A stretch of 36,994 nt of DNA from positions 1 to 36,994 of the forward strand of contig MWBX01000004.1 in NCBI GenBank assembly GCA_002069755.1, given 5' to 3'. The stretch's first letter is position 1; every line of letters begins with the position of its first letter. The position numbers were made by a program, and so were the translations under genes. Source of the DNA: Parcubacteria group bacterium ADurb.Bin247. Its GTDB lineage: Bacteria > Patescibacteriota > Minisyncoccia > Minisyncoccales > CSSED10-335. Below the pieces are notes generated by a model. It saw only the letters and a list, made by a program, of their open reading frames with translations. It was not told the origin of the DNA and did not search any database. Shown here in pieces: positions 14,778 through 23,750 of the stretch.

Positions 14778-15715
14778 TTTAAATATTTATTCTTAGCTTG
14801 TATATGTTCATCAAAAGTTTTACTAAAAACGGTTTCTCCATCAGGCTTAGAAAGATAAAAGAAATACTCACTATCTTGTGGATATATTGCTGCCTTAATA
14901 CTTTTTATTCCAGGATTAGATATTGGACCAATTGGTAATCCACGATTAATATATGTATTGTAAGGAGAATCTATTTTTGTTTCCTCACTAGTTACTTGAG
15001 TGCTTTTTTTACCAGTAATATATACTATTGTAGCACACGACTGAAGAGGAATATTATGCTCAATTCTTTTCCATAAAATACCAGAAACTAAAGCCATATC
15101 TTCAAAACTTCTTACCTCTTTTTCAATTATTGATGCCATTATCACAATATCAGAAATAGTTTTACCTTGTCTGGCTATATCCATTCTCATTTCTTCAGTT
15201 ATCTTTTTATTAAAATTATCAAGCATTAGCTTAATAATGTCTTCTTCAGTGTAGCCATAAGGAATGTTATATGTATCAGGATAAAGATACCCCTCAACAC
15301 TTTTACTTAAAAAAACATCTACATCAAAATCTGCTATTGTATTAGACAAATATTCGGCGATATCATTTTTATTCCAACCCTCAATAATTGTAATTCTCTG
15401 CTCAGCCGAATTACCAAGATAAAAAGTGTTAACAATATCAACAATTGACATTGATTTATTTAAAAGATAGTGCCCAGCTTTTAAATTTTGTGATTTATTA
15501 GAAATAATCGCATAGGTAATAAAAATACTATTATGCCAAATCAAATCTTCTCGGTATAAATTTAATCCAATGCTTTTTAAGCTATCACCATAATTAACAA
15601 CAAAAAGAACATCTTCTTGATCTCCCCTATCTTTCGGCTTATTTATTATTAAATAAAAAGATGTAGCAACTAATACTATTAAAAGTAAAAAAACAATAAC
15701 AACTCTTTTTATCAT
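14774..15715 (-). CDS. mltG: Endolytic murein transglycosylase MltG (YceG family)
   Basis: Motifs EGYLYPDTYNI, ASIIEKEV, YNTYINRGLPIGPISNPG, and an N-terminal TM. Confidence 0.85.
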   Translation of the reverse strand: MIKRVVIVFLLLIVLVATSFYLIINKPKDRGDQEDVLFVVNYGDSLKSIGLNLYREDLIWHNSIFITYAIISNKSQNLKAGHYLLNKSMSIVDIVNTFYLGNSAEQRITIIEGWNKNDIAEYLSNTIADFDVDVFLSKSVEGYLYPDTYNIPYGYTEEDIIKLMLDNFNKKITEEMRMDIARQGKTISDIVIMASIIEKEVRSFEDMALVSGILWKRIEHNIPLQSCATIVYITGKKSTQVTSEETKIDSPYNTYINRGLPIGPISNPGIKSIKAAIYPQDSEYFFYLSKPDGETVFSKTFDEHIQAKNKYLK

Positions 15716-16173
15716 TTAAAAATTCTTTTAATTTTGTCAATTAACGGAACTCTATCAATAATAAGAATTCCGTTTAAGTGATCAAGCTCGTGTTGAAAAA
15801 TTCTAGCATCTAATCCTTCTAAATCACACTCTATAATATCACCTTCTATATCTAGTGATCGAATACGAATATACACTGGTCTTTTAACATTAACAAGCTG
15901 ATCGGGAATACTAAGACAACCCTCTTCAACGATATCTTTTTCACTACTCCTTTTAAGAATGACTGGATTAATAAAAGGAACTATATCGTTATTACTAAAC
16001 CTTACAAGAATTATTCTTTTCAAGATTCCAACCTGAGGTGCTGCTAGCCCTGCGCCTAATTCTTGTTCTATAATATCTGTCATCTGATCAATCAAATCAT
16101 AAACACTCCTATCTATTTCTTTAACAGGTTTTGATTTTTGTCTTAAAAACTTTAAGTTTTTTTGTATTTCCAT
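15712..16173 (-). CDS. def: Peptide deformylase
   Basis: Motifs GAGLAAPQVG, EGCLSIP, HELDHLNG. Confidence 0.9.
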   Translation of the reverse strand: MEIQKNLKFLRQKSKPVKEIDRSVYDLIDQMTDIIEQELGAGLAAPQVGILKRIILVRFSNNDIVPFINPVILKRSSEKDIVEEGCLSIPDQLVNVKRPVYIRIRSLDIEGDIIECDLEGLDARIFQHELDHLNGILIIDRVPLIDKIKRIFK

Positions 16174-16174
16174 G

Positions 16175-16245
16175 CGGGTCCGCCCCGACTCGAACAGGGA
16201 ACTTTGCTTTTGGAGAGCAAAATTATGCCATTTAACTACAGACCC
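16175..16245 (-). tRNA. tRNA-Trp (anticodon CCA)
   Basis: Hand fold. Acceptor GGGTCTG/CGGACCC, anticodon stem TTGCT/AGCAA with loop CTCCAAA, T-arm CCCTG-TTCGAGT-CGGGG. The discriminator at 16175 is 1 nt from the def ATG. Confidence 0.9.
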
Positions 16246-16301
16246 AAATCAAAATCAAACTCAAATTTACAATTTGAAATATTCTTAATCAATTGAGTAA
16301 A

Positions 16302-16475
16302 CTATTTCTTGATTTCTTTGTGTAGCTTATGACCTCTACACCAAGAACAAAACTTGCTCAACTCAAGCTTTTTTTCAACGTCCTCACCTTTTGATTTCTT
16401 AACTGAATAGTTAATTCTCTTACAAGCGACACATTGAAGCTTAACATATGCCTTCTTTTTTGATTTTGTAGTCAT
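16302..16475 (-). CDS. rpmG: 50S ribosomal protein L33 (zinc-ribbon form)
   Basis: MTTKSKKKAYVKLQCVACKRINYSVKKSKGEDVEKKLELSKFCSWCRGHKLHKEIKK. The longer track ORF (to 16679) runs across two tRNA genes. Confidence 0.9.
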   Translation of the reverse strand: MTTKSKKKAYVKLQCVACKRINYSVKKSKGEDVEKKLELSKFCSWCRGHKLHKEIKK

Positions 16476-16489
16476 ATTATTATTTTCTG

Positions 16490-16561
<72 letters not shown>

Positions 16562-16570
16562 AATATAATG

Positions 16571-16653
16571 TGGGTGGAGAGGGATTTGAACCCCCGTAGC
16601 CCGGAGGCGCCAGATTTACAGTCTGGTGCGATTGACCGCTCCGCCATCCACCC
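16571..16653 (-). tRNA. tRNA-Tyr (anticodon GTA), class II with a long variable arm
   Basis: Hand fold. Acceptor GGGTGGA/TCCACCC, anticodon stem CCAGA/TCTGG with loop CTGTAAA, a 14-nt variable arm, T-arm GGGGG-TTCAAAT-CCCTC. Confidence 0.9.
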
Positions 16654-16710
16654 AATATTATAAAAACAAGAAGCAACAACGAAATGATACTACCATAAAA
16701 CAGTAATTTT

Positions 16711-19383
16711 TCAATACAAATCCCGATACCTTAAATATTTATACAACTCCCCTATCCAAAGAACAAACGAAGACCCAATAATAATTAAAGTGATTTCTAA
16801 TAAATTAAGATGCACCAAATTAAAAACCGGATATAAAACATACATTGCAAGAAACTGTAATCCAACCGATAAAATCAATGCCCAAACAACATAAGGATTG
16901 GAGAATAATCCAATCTTAAAAACTGACCTTCTCATAGAACGCATATTTAAAATATTAAATAATTGAGTAAAAGCCATTGTAGTAAAAGCCGCACTTCGAG
17001 CTTTATCAATATCTTGATCTATAGAAAGATGGTAACTAAAGAAACCCAAGGTTAACACTACCATTACAAAAACTACTATTAATACGAATGGTAATGTCTC
17101 CCTACCTAATATGTTTTCGTTTTTCTTCCTTGGGGGGTCTTTCAAAACATCACCATGACCTGGCTCAGCAGCCAAAGCAAGGCCAGAAAAACCATCGGTT
17201 ACCAAGTTAAGCCATAAAATTTGAGTTGGCAAAAGTGGCAATTGAGTAAAAAGAGCTAAAGAACTAATTAATATTACATCTTCGGCAAAATTAGTAGTAA
17301 CTAAAAAACTACTAGCCTGTCTAGTATTATTAAATACTATTCTCCCCTCTTCAATAGCATTAACAATAGATCTAAAATTATCATCAGTTAAAACAATTTC
17401 ACTGGCTTCGCGAGCAACATCGGTACCAGTAATACCCATCGCAATACCAATATCTGCTTTTTTAAGAGCTGGAGCATCATTAACCCCATCTCCCGTCATA
17501 GCAATAATATGACCCTGGTTTTGAAGCTCTTCGGCAATTTTAAGCTTCATTTTTGGAGTAAGACGTGCAAAAACATTAACATCCTTTATTGCTTTAGAAA
17601 ATTGCTTATCCGACATAACTAAAAGCTCAGATTCAGTTAATATGTTATTATCTTTTTCTTCAATAATTCCGACCTCCCTAGCTATTGCTAGTGCAGTTCC
17701 TTTATGATCTCCAGTAGTCATAATAACTCTGATTCCAGCTTTCTTTGCTTTTAAGACAGACTCTCTTGCCTCAGGCCTTGGAGGATCAATAATCCCTACA
17801 ACTCCAACAAAAACTATTTCTGAAACCAAATCATCAGAAATAGTTTTTTCACTAGATTGAATCTTTCGATATCCCAATGCTATTGTTCTCATAGCACCAG
17901 ATGTTAGACTATCTGTTTTAGATAAAAACTCTTTCTTTTTACTACCAGTTAAAATATTTTCTCCATTATCGCTTAGATAATATTTAGATCTATCTAGTAT
18001 AACTTCTGGTGAACCAACGACATATAGCTCAGTATCTTCTTTTTTAGAAACCAAAGAGGCTCGATACCTTAACTCTGAGTTAAAAGGTTCATCTTCTATT
18101 TTCTTTTCCTCTAGTATATCTGATTTTAAGCCCGCTTTTTGAGCTAATACCACTAAAGATGCTTCGGTAGGATCTCCAATAACTCGGTATTTATCATCTT
18201 TTTTTAAAAGCTTGGCATTGTTACACAAACAAGCAATATGCAAAAGCTTAGCCAAAGAAGCATATTCTAATGGCGATATTTTGTTATCATTAAATACAAA
18301 ATCACCAACCGATTCCCAAGCATTGCCAGTAACATCAATTATCTTGTCTGATAGAGCAATGCTCCTCACATTCATTGTGTTTTGAGTCAATGTCCCTGTT
18401 TTATCAGTACATATTACATTAGACACTCCTAACGTCTCAGTTGAAGGCAATCGTCTCACAATAGCATTTCTATTAGCCATTCTATGAGCTCCAATAGCCA
18501 AAACAATAATTAAAATTGCAGGCAATCCTTCGGGAATACCAGAGACCAAAGAAGCTATTGTAAAAAACAAAATCTCTTCAAATTCTATACCCTTGTAGAA
18601 ATAACCAACAATAAATGTTGCTGTTGCTCCTAAAATAGCAATCATTGCCATCTGCTTGGCTAATAAATCTATTTTTAATTCAAATGGACTTCTTCGTCTT
18701 TTTATCTCACCAATATCTTTGGCAATAGTTCCAAATACTGTTTCGTTGCCCGTTGCCACAACTACAGCTCGGGCATGACCACCAACGACAAAAGTACCCA
18801 TCCAAACCATGTTTTTTCTATCGGCGACACCAACTTCTTTTGCTATCTTTAAATTATCTTTTGTTATTGATGTTGATTCTCCAGTTAAAGAAGATTCTAC
18901 TGTTTTAAAATTTCGACAATCAATTATTCTGGCATCGGCAGGGACTTTATCACCCTCCTCTAAGAAAATAATATCACCGGGCACTAAATACTTAGCATCA
19001 ATCTTTAACATTGCCCCATTGCGATAAACTTTAGCAACCGGAACAATAATCTTTTTAAGAGACTGAATTGCTTTTTCAGCACGATATTCTTGAACAAAAC
19101 CAATAATTGCATTAATAGCAATAACAAAAAAAATTATATAAACATCAATTGTCCTCCCATAAAACCAACCAATAACAGCAGCTGCAATTAAAATATATAT
19201 TAAAACACTATTAAATTGCTTCAAAAATATATATATTGGCCGGCTACCTTCTTTTTCTGTTATTTCGTTAAAACCATAATCATCTAAACGATTTTTGGCT
19301 TCACTTTCAGACAAGCCACCCTCATCTGATTTAATATCATTTAATGCTTCTCTTGGTGATAATAAATAGAAAGATTTATCCAT
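16711..19383 (-). CDS. P-type II cation-transporting ATPase (Ca2+/Mg2+ type)
   Basis: Motifs TGES, PEGLPA, CTDKTGTLTQN, TGDHKGTA, GDGVNDAPALKKADIGIAMG, and about 10 TM helices. Confidence 0.9.
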   Translation of the reverse strand: MDKSFYLLSPREALNDIKSDEGGLSESEAKNRLDDYGFNEITEKEGSRPIYIFLKQFNSVLIYILIAAAVIGWFYGRTIDVYIIFFVIAINAIIGFVQEYRAEKAIQSLKKIIVPVAKVYRNGAMLKIDAKYLVPGDIIFLEEGDKVPADARIIDCRNFKTVESSLTGESTSITKDNLKIAKEVGVADRKNMVWMGTFVVGGHARAVVVATGNETVFGTIAKDIGEIKRRRSPFELKIDLLAKQMAMIAILGATATFIVGYFYKGIEFEEILFFTIASLVSGIPEGLPAILIIVLAIGAHRMANRNAIVRRLPSTETLGVSNVICTDKTGTLTQNTMNVRSIALSDKIIDVTGNAWESVGDFVFNDNKISPLEYASLAKLLHIACLCNNAKLLKKDDKYRVIGDPTEASLVVLAQKAGLKSDILEEKKIEDEPFNSELRYRASLVSKKEDTELYVVGSPEVILDRSKYYLSDNGENILTGSKKKEFLSKTDSLTSGAMRTIALGYRKIQSSEKTISDDLVSEIVFVGVVGIIDPPRPEARESVLKAKKAGIRVIMTTGDHKGTALAIAREVGIIEEKDNNILTESELLVMSDKQFSKAIKDVNVFARLTPKMKLKIAEELQNQGHIIAMTGDGVNDAPALKKADIGIAMGITGTDVAREASEIVLTDDNFRSIVNAIEEGRIVFNNTRQASSFLVTTNFAEDVILISSLALFTQLPLLPTQILWLNLVTDGFSGLALAAEPGHGDVLKDPPRKKNENILGRETLPFVLIVVFVMVVLTLGFFSYHLSIDQDIDKARSAAFTTMAFTQLFNILNMRSMRRSVFKIGLFSNPYVVWALILSVGLQFLAMYVLYPVFNLVHLNLLEITLIIIGSSFVLWIGELYKYLRYRDLY

Positions 19384-19384
19384 A

Positions 19385-20029
19385 TTAAAATATTTTTTTA
19401 TTCTTATCTCTCCACTCCTCTATCTTTTTATGATTTCCAGATAATAAAACTTTAGGAACACTCCAATTATTATAAACAGAGGGTCTAGTAAATTGAGGAT
19501 ATTCTATTGCATTAACATTTTTAGTTCTATTCTTTAAAAATTTATCTGTGCCAACAACTCCAGGAATAAGACGAGCAACCGATTCTATAACAATCATAGC
19601 TGGAATTTCTCCACCCATTAAAATATAATCTCCTATTGATATTTCTTCATCAGCAATATGTTTGGCTACCCTTTCATCTACTCCTTCATATCGCCCACAA
19701 ATCATAATAATTTGATCCATTTTAGATAAACGATTGGCAATTCTCTGATTATACTTTTTACCTCTTGGACTAAAAAGAATAACCCGAGATTTACCATTTT
19801 TTTTAACCGCTTCAACTGCTTTAAATATTGGCTCAATCATCATTACCATACCTACCCCACCACCAAATGGTTTATCATCTACTGTTTTTCTTTTATCAGT
19901 TGTAAAATTTCTTAAATTATAAACATTAATCCCGATAATATTTTTACTACAAGCACTCTTTAAAATTCCTTCTTTTTTATAAGGAGTAAAAAATTCAGGA
20001 AAAAGAGTAATAACTTCAAAATTTGTCAT
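19385..20029 (-). CDS. trmD: tRNA (guanine37-N1)-methyltransferase
   Basis: Motifs PFGGGVGMVMMIEP, CGRYEGVDERV, SIGDYILMGGE. Confidence 0.9.
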   Translation of the reverse strand: MTNFEVITLFPEFFTPYKKEGILKSACSKNIIGINVYNLRNFTTDKRKTVDDKPFGGGVGMVMMIEPIFKAVEAVKKNGKSRVILFSPRGKKYNQRIANRLSKMDQIIMICGRYEGVDERVAKHIADEEISIGDYILMGGEIPAMIVIESVARLIPGVVGTDKFLKNRTKNVNAIEYPQFTRPSVYNNWSVPKVLLSGNHKKIEEWRDKNKKIF

Positions 20030-20082
20030 AAAAAAATTGTACTATCCATAAGATAGCACAATTTTTGTTTTTAAGAAATACC

Positions 20083-20391
20083 TCAAAGGTTTAAATCGTC
20101 TAAATTAGTAGATGGCCTTGCCTCTTCTTCTACTTTTCTACTCCCCTCTGGTTCTTCTATTTTTAAATTAACTCTTGCTTGATTCTTTAATCCAATGATT
20201 CTAATCAAGTTTCTGATTGATTTAGCTGTAGCTCCAGCTCTACCAATAACTTGACCCATATCTTTTGGATTGACTCTCAATGAAAGTAAAACTCCCATTT
20301 CATCTACCTTTCTTTCGATATGAACATCTTCAGGATGATCAACTAAAGCCTTAATAACGTATTCTAAGAATTCCTGATCTGCAATAGGCAT
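20083..20391 (-). CDS. KH-domain RNA-binding protein (YlqC/UPF0109-like)
   Basis: KH motif VIGRAGATAKSIRNLI, and the conserved position between rpsP and trmD. Confidence 0.75.
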   Translation of the reverse strand: MPIADQEFLEYVIKALVDHPEDVHIERKVDEMGVLLSLRVNPKDMGQVIGRAGATAKSIRNLIRIIGLKNQARVNLKIEEPEGSRKVEEEARPSTNLDDLNL

Positions 20392-20518
20392 AATATTTAA
20401 TTCTGTTTTTTTAATTTTCCTACACTCGGTAGTCCGACCTTTTAATCTTACTGATAACTACAGTAAAATTACTGACCGCATAACACATTTATATCTTTCA
20501 AAAACAAAAAAGTTAAAC

Positions 20519-20893
20519 TTAATCTTTCTTTTCTTCAACGGACTTTTCTTTTGGAGCTTCAACAGATTCTTCGGCTTTAACTTCTTCAACAATAGGTTTA
20601 ATTTCCTCTGCTGATTGCTCTTTTTTAGAAACACTATGTTTTGGTTTCTTAGGACCTTCTACTATCTTTTCATCAACTAACATATTGAAAACTGTATCGG
20701 AAATTTGAACACCATTATCAAGCCAATGCTTAACTCTTTCCGAATTAATATTTCTTTGTTTTGTTATTGGATCGTAAAAACCAACCTCTTCAACAAAACG
20801 ACCTCTAGCTGGAGCATTTTTCTTCTCCGTAACCACTATTTTGTAAGCTGGTTGCTTTTTTCTTCCTACTCTAAATAATCTGATTATTAACAT
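20519..20893 (-). CDS. rpsP: 30S ribosomal protein S16 with a K/E-rich C-terminal extension
   Basis: MLIIRLFRVGRKKQPAYKIVVTEKKNAPARGRFVEEVGFYDP, plus an extra acidic/basic tail of about 40 aa. Confidence 0.9.
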   Translation of the reverse strand: MLIIRLFRVGRKKQPAYKIVVTEKKNAPARGRFVEEVGFYDPITKQRNINSERVKHWLDNGVQISDTVFNMLVDEKIVEGPKKPKHSVSKKEQSAEEIKPIVEEVKAEESVEAPKEKSVEEKKD

Positions 20894-20918
20894 ATTTTTA
20901 TTCTAACTTAATTATAAA

Positions 20919-21626
20919 TTAATTGCAATCTTTATTAAACCATTTCTTTACTTCTAAAGCTTTTCCAGCTGCATCTTCTTCGGCTGCTTGCTTAGAAAAA
21001 CCAGTTCCTCGAGCAATAATATTGTCGCCAAAAAAAACTCCTACTGTAAAATTCTTTCTGTGATCTGGACCTTCTTCTTCTAAAACCTTGTATGTGGGTG
21101 TAATTGATTCTATTCTTTGAGCCTCTTCTTGAAGTCTAGATTTATTATCCTTATCAAGACCAAACTTAATAATATTAGGAAGTTTACATATTAAGTTTTT
21201 ATTAATAAAATCTCTACACTCGCCATATCCCTGATCAAGATATATTGCCCCGATCAATGCTTCAAATGTATTGGCTAATATTGACTGCTTTAATTTTCCA
21301 ACCTCTCGATTCTCACCTTTCGATAGAAAGACAAAATCAATAAAGCCAAAACCCTCAGAAATTTCTGAAAGAATTTTAGTATTTACTAATGCTGCTCGTA
21401 AACTAGTGAGTTCACCTTCAGTTTTATCTGGATAATTACTATACAAATACTCTGTAACAACCAACTCGAGGACAGCATCTCCCAAGAATTCCATTCTTTC
21501 GTTATGACCTAATAAAAAACCAGGATTTTCATTGATATATGAACGATGACAAAAAGCTTGCAAAAGCAAGTTTTTGTTTCCAAAACTTATTCCAATGTTC
21601 TTTTCAAGTAAAGAAAAATCATTCAT
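20919..21626 (-). CDS. rnc: Ribonuclease III
   Basis: Signature NERMEFLGDAVLELVV, and a C-terminal dsRBD (GPDHRKNFTV...GFSKQAAEEDAA). Confidence 0.9.
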   Translation of the reverse strand: MNDFSLLEKNIGISFGNKNLLLQAFCHRSYINENPGFLLGHNERMEFLGDAVLELVVTEYLYSNYPDKTEGELTSLRAALVNTKILSEISEGFGFIDFVFLSKGENREVGKLKQSILANTFEALIGAIYLDQGYGECRDFINKNLICKLPNIIKFGLDKDNKSRLQEEAQRIESITPTYKVLEEEGPDHRKNFTVGVFFGDNIIARGTGFSKQAAEEDAAGKALEVKKWFNKDCN

Positions 21627-21630
21627 AGTA

Positions 21631-22068
21631 TTATCTGTTCTCTATTTCTTTTTTCATTTCGCGAAAAACAGTTCCTAAAACTCCATTAACAAATCTTCCA
21701 GAGCTTTCTCCTCCAAAGTTCTTTGCTAATTCTATAGCTTCATTAATAGCAACCTTAGGAGGTACCTCTGACTTATCTCCGAATAAAAGCTCATAAAGAC
21801 CAATTCGTAAAACATTTCTATCTACAATTGCCACTTGTTCTATTGGCCACTCTGGAGCAGCCACTTTAATAATATTATCTATTTTTTCAATATTATCATT
21901 TATTCCTTTAATCAAAGTAAAAATGAAGTCTTTTTCTTGAAGTCCAGGAGCAAAGCTATCAATATTTCTATTTACAATATCATCTAACTCCCCTACTCTT
22001 CTACCAAAAAAATCCCACTCATAAAAAGACTGGAGAACAATAGAACGTGACAAATGCCTAGAAGCCAT
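21631..22068 (-). CDS. nusB: Transcription antitermination factor NusB
   Basis: [57 protein letters not shown]. Confidence 0.8.
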   Translation of the reverse strand: MASRHLSRSIVLQSFYEWDFFGRRVGELDDIVNRNIDSFAPGLQEKDFIFTLIKGINDNIEKIDNIIKVAAPEWPIEQVAIVDRNVLRIGLYELLFGDKSEVPPKVAINEAIELAKNFGGESSGRFVNGVLGTVFREMKKEIENR

Positions 22069-22101
22069 AATTTTTAAAAATTATAATAAATTGTCAAAAA
22101 A

Positions 22102-22332
22102 CTAATTGCTCTGAATTTCTCTTTCTTTCTGCTTTCTTTCCTTCTTGTCAAGCTTTTTTAATACATCTACTACTTCTCTACCCTTGTAATAACCACAACT
22201 CTTGCAAACAGTGTGAGGTAATGTTTCTTTACCACATTTAGGACACGAAACAAAACCAGTCTTTTCTAAAAAAATGTGCATTCTTCTGTTGTTTCGCTTA
22301 CCTTTGGTATGACGTTTTTTTGGTACAGCCAT
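22102..22332 (-). CDS. rpmF: 50S ribosomal protein L32
   Basis: MAVPKKRHTKGKRNNRR and the CPKCG...CKSCGYY zinc ribbon. Confidence 0.9.
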   Translation of the reverse strand: MAVPKKRHTKGKRNNRRMHIFLEKTGFVSCPKCGKETLPHTVCKSCGYYKGREVVDVLKKLDKKERKQKEREIQSN

Positions 22333-22359
22333 ATTTTTATTCTTGTTTTAACTGACAAT

Positions 22360-22388
22360 AATATACCATAGCGAGTATAATTTTGCAA
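22360..22388 (-). promoter_or_regulatory. Possible promoter of the rpmF-nusB-rnc-rpsP block
   Basis: On the minus strand: TTGCAA (22388..22383), 17 nt, TATATT (22365..22360). Confidence 0.35.
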
Positions 22389-22455
22389 GAGAAGATAGTT
22401 TTATACATAAGTTCAAACACATTCTGGACTCCGATGTGAATTAGAAATTATACAA

Positions 22456-23019
22456 CTATTTTACCCTAAAACTCTTTCTGTGTATCTTAGAGTATCCATA
22501 TTTCTTAATTGCATCTCTGTGTTCTTTAGTTCCATAACCCTTGTGGTTTTTAAAACCATATTCAGGGTATTTCAAATCATACTTGTCCATTAGTCTATCA
22601 CGAGTAACTTTAGCAACAATACTTGCAACGCTGCAAGAAACAATTCTTTCATCTCCTTTAATAACTGGTAATTCTAAAACATTAAGTCCAATTTTAAAAT
22701 TGCCATCAATAATTACCAAATCAGGCTTAACATTCAAATTATCTAGAGCTTTTCTCATTGCTAATTTAGTTGCCTCTAATATATTTATCTTATCAATTGT
22801 ATTATTAGACACATTACCAATCCCCCACTTAATCTCACTTTTTGATTTAAAAAAAGCAAACAACTTTTCTCTTCTTTTCGCACTCATACTTTTAGAGTCT
22901 CCAAACTTCATCCCTTTAAGTACATTAAAATCACTAATATGAACCGCAGCCGCAACAATTGGTCCAGCTAACGGTCCTCTTCCTACTTCATCTAATCCAA
23001 CAATGCAATTAAAATCCAT
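22456..23019 (-). CDS. rnhB: Ribonuclease HII
   Basis: GLDEVGRGPLAGPIVAAAV, IIDGN, ASIVAKVTRD. Confidence 0.9.
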   Translation of the reverse strand: MDFNCIVGLDEVGRGPLAGPIVAAAVHISDFNVLKGMKFGDSKSMSAKRREKLFAFFKSKSEIKWGIGNVSNNTIDKINILEATKLAMRKALDNLNVKPDLVIIDGNFKIGLNVLELPVIKGDERIVSCSVASIVAKVTRDRLMDKYDLKYPEYGFKNHKGYGTKEHRDAIKKYGYSKIHRKSFRVK

Positions 23020-23057
23020 ATCTTTCTTTTTTTAAAATATTATTGTATAATATCACT

Positions 23058-23744
23058 ATGCAAGAAACATATCAATCTATAATTTCTCAAAAAGAAATTG
23101 ACCAAATAATTAAAATTGCTGAATCAGAGAATAAAATAGCTGATTTCTCAAATATGACAATTCAAGAAATAAACTTGTCAGAAAGAGAAATAAGGTGTGG
23201 TCTTAATTTTACCAACGTTGTTTTTTTGGGAAGTGTATATATGGGCCGTTCAATTATTTATGGAGATGTTATTCTTAATGGCTCTGTAATTAATAATACA
23301 ACTTATCTTGGAGAAATTATCGTAAAAGGAGATTTTATGGCCTCAAGAGTAGTAATTAAAAACTCTTTTAATATGGTTAAAGGAGAAGTTCATGGTCAGT
23401 TAATTATGGAAAAAGCCCATATCCAGGGTTTTCTAGGCTTAAATAAAACAACAATTAAGAATACTGTTAATCTTAAGGGGTTAAAGATAATAGGAATGGT
23501 TACCCCTAGTGGAATCATTAATGGAGATCTTTACTTACAGGGTGCCGAATTACAAAAATCACTAAATATGGAAGATTGCCATATTACCGGACTAGTCGAT
23601 TTAAGCAAAGTTAATATCTGGGAATCTTTAAACCTTACTAATGGAGAAATACGAGAAGCCTTGATTCTTAAAGAAAGCTATATTAAAGGAGAAAGTACAT
23701 TTGAAGGTTTAAAATGTAGCGAAAAATTTGTTTCTTTCTTCTGA
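23058..23744 (+). CDS. Beta-helix repeat protein (pentapeptide- or bactofilin-like, coils of about 21 aa)
   Basis: About eight units of 20-22 aa with alternating hydrophobic residues and Gly/Asn turns (VILNGSVINNTTYLGEIIVKGD, VNLKGLKIIGMVTPSGIINGD...). I prefer ATG 23058; the track's TTG at 23043 overlaps TATAAT at 23046-23051. Confidence 0.6.
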   Translation: MQETYQSIISQKEIDQIIKIAESENKIADFSNMTIQEINLSEREIRCGLNFTNVVFLGSVYMGRSIIYGDVILNGSVINNTTYLGEIIVKGDFMASRVVIKNSFNMVKGEVHGQLIMEKAHIQGFLGLNKTTIKNTVNLKGLKIIGMVTPSGIINGDLYLQGAELQKSLNMEDCHITGLVDLSKVNIWESLNLTNGEIREALILKESYIKGESTFEGLKCSEKFVSFF

Positions 23745-23750
23745 ATACTG

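Noticed and set aside
23020-23057. The strand switch (minus-strand genes to the left, plus-strand genes to the right) as a candidate replication origin.
   Set aside because: The spacer is only 38 bp with no DnaA-box cluster or AT-rich unwinding repeats. The plus-strand block ends after 7.4 kb, and there is no dnaA or dnaN nearby.
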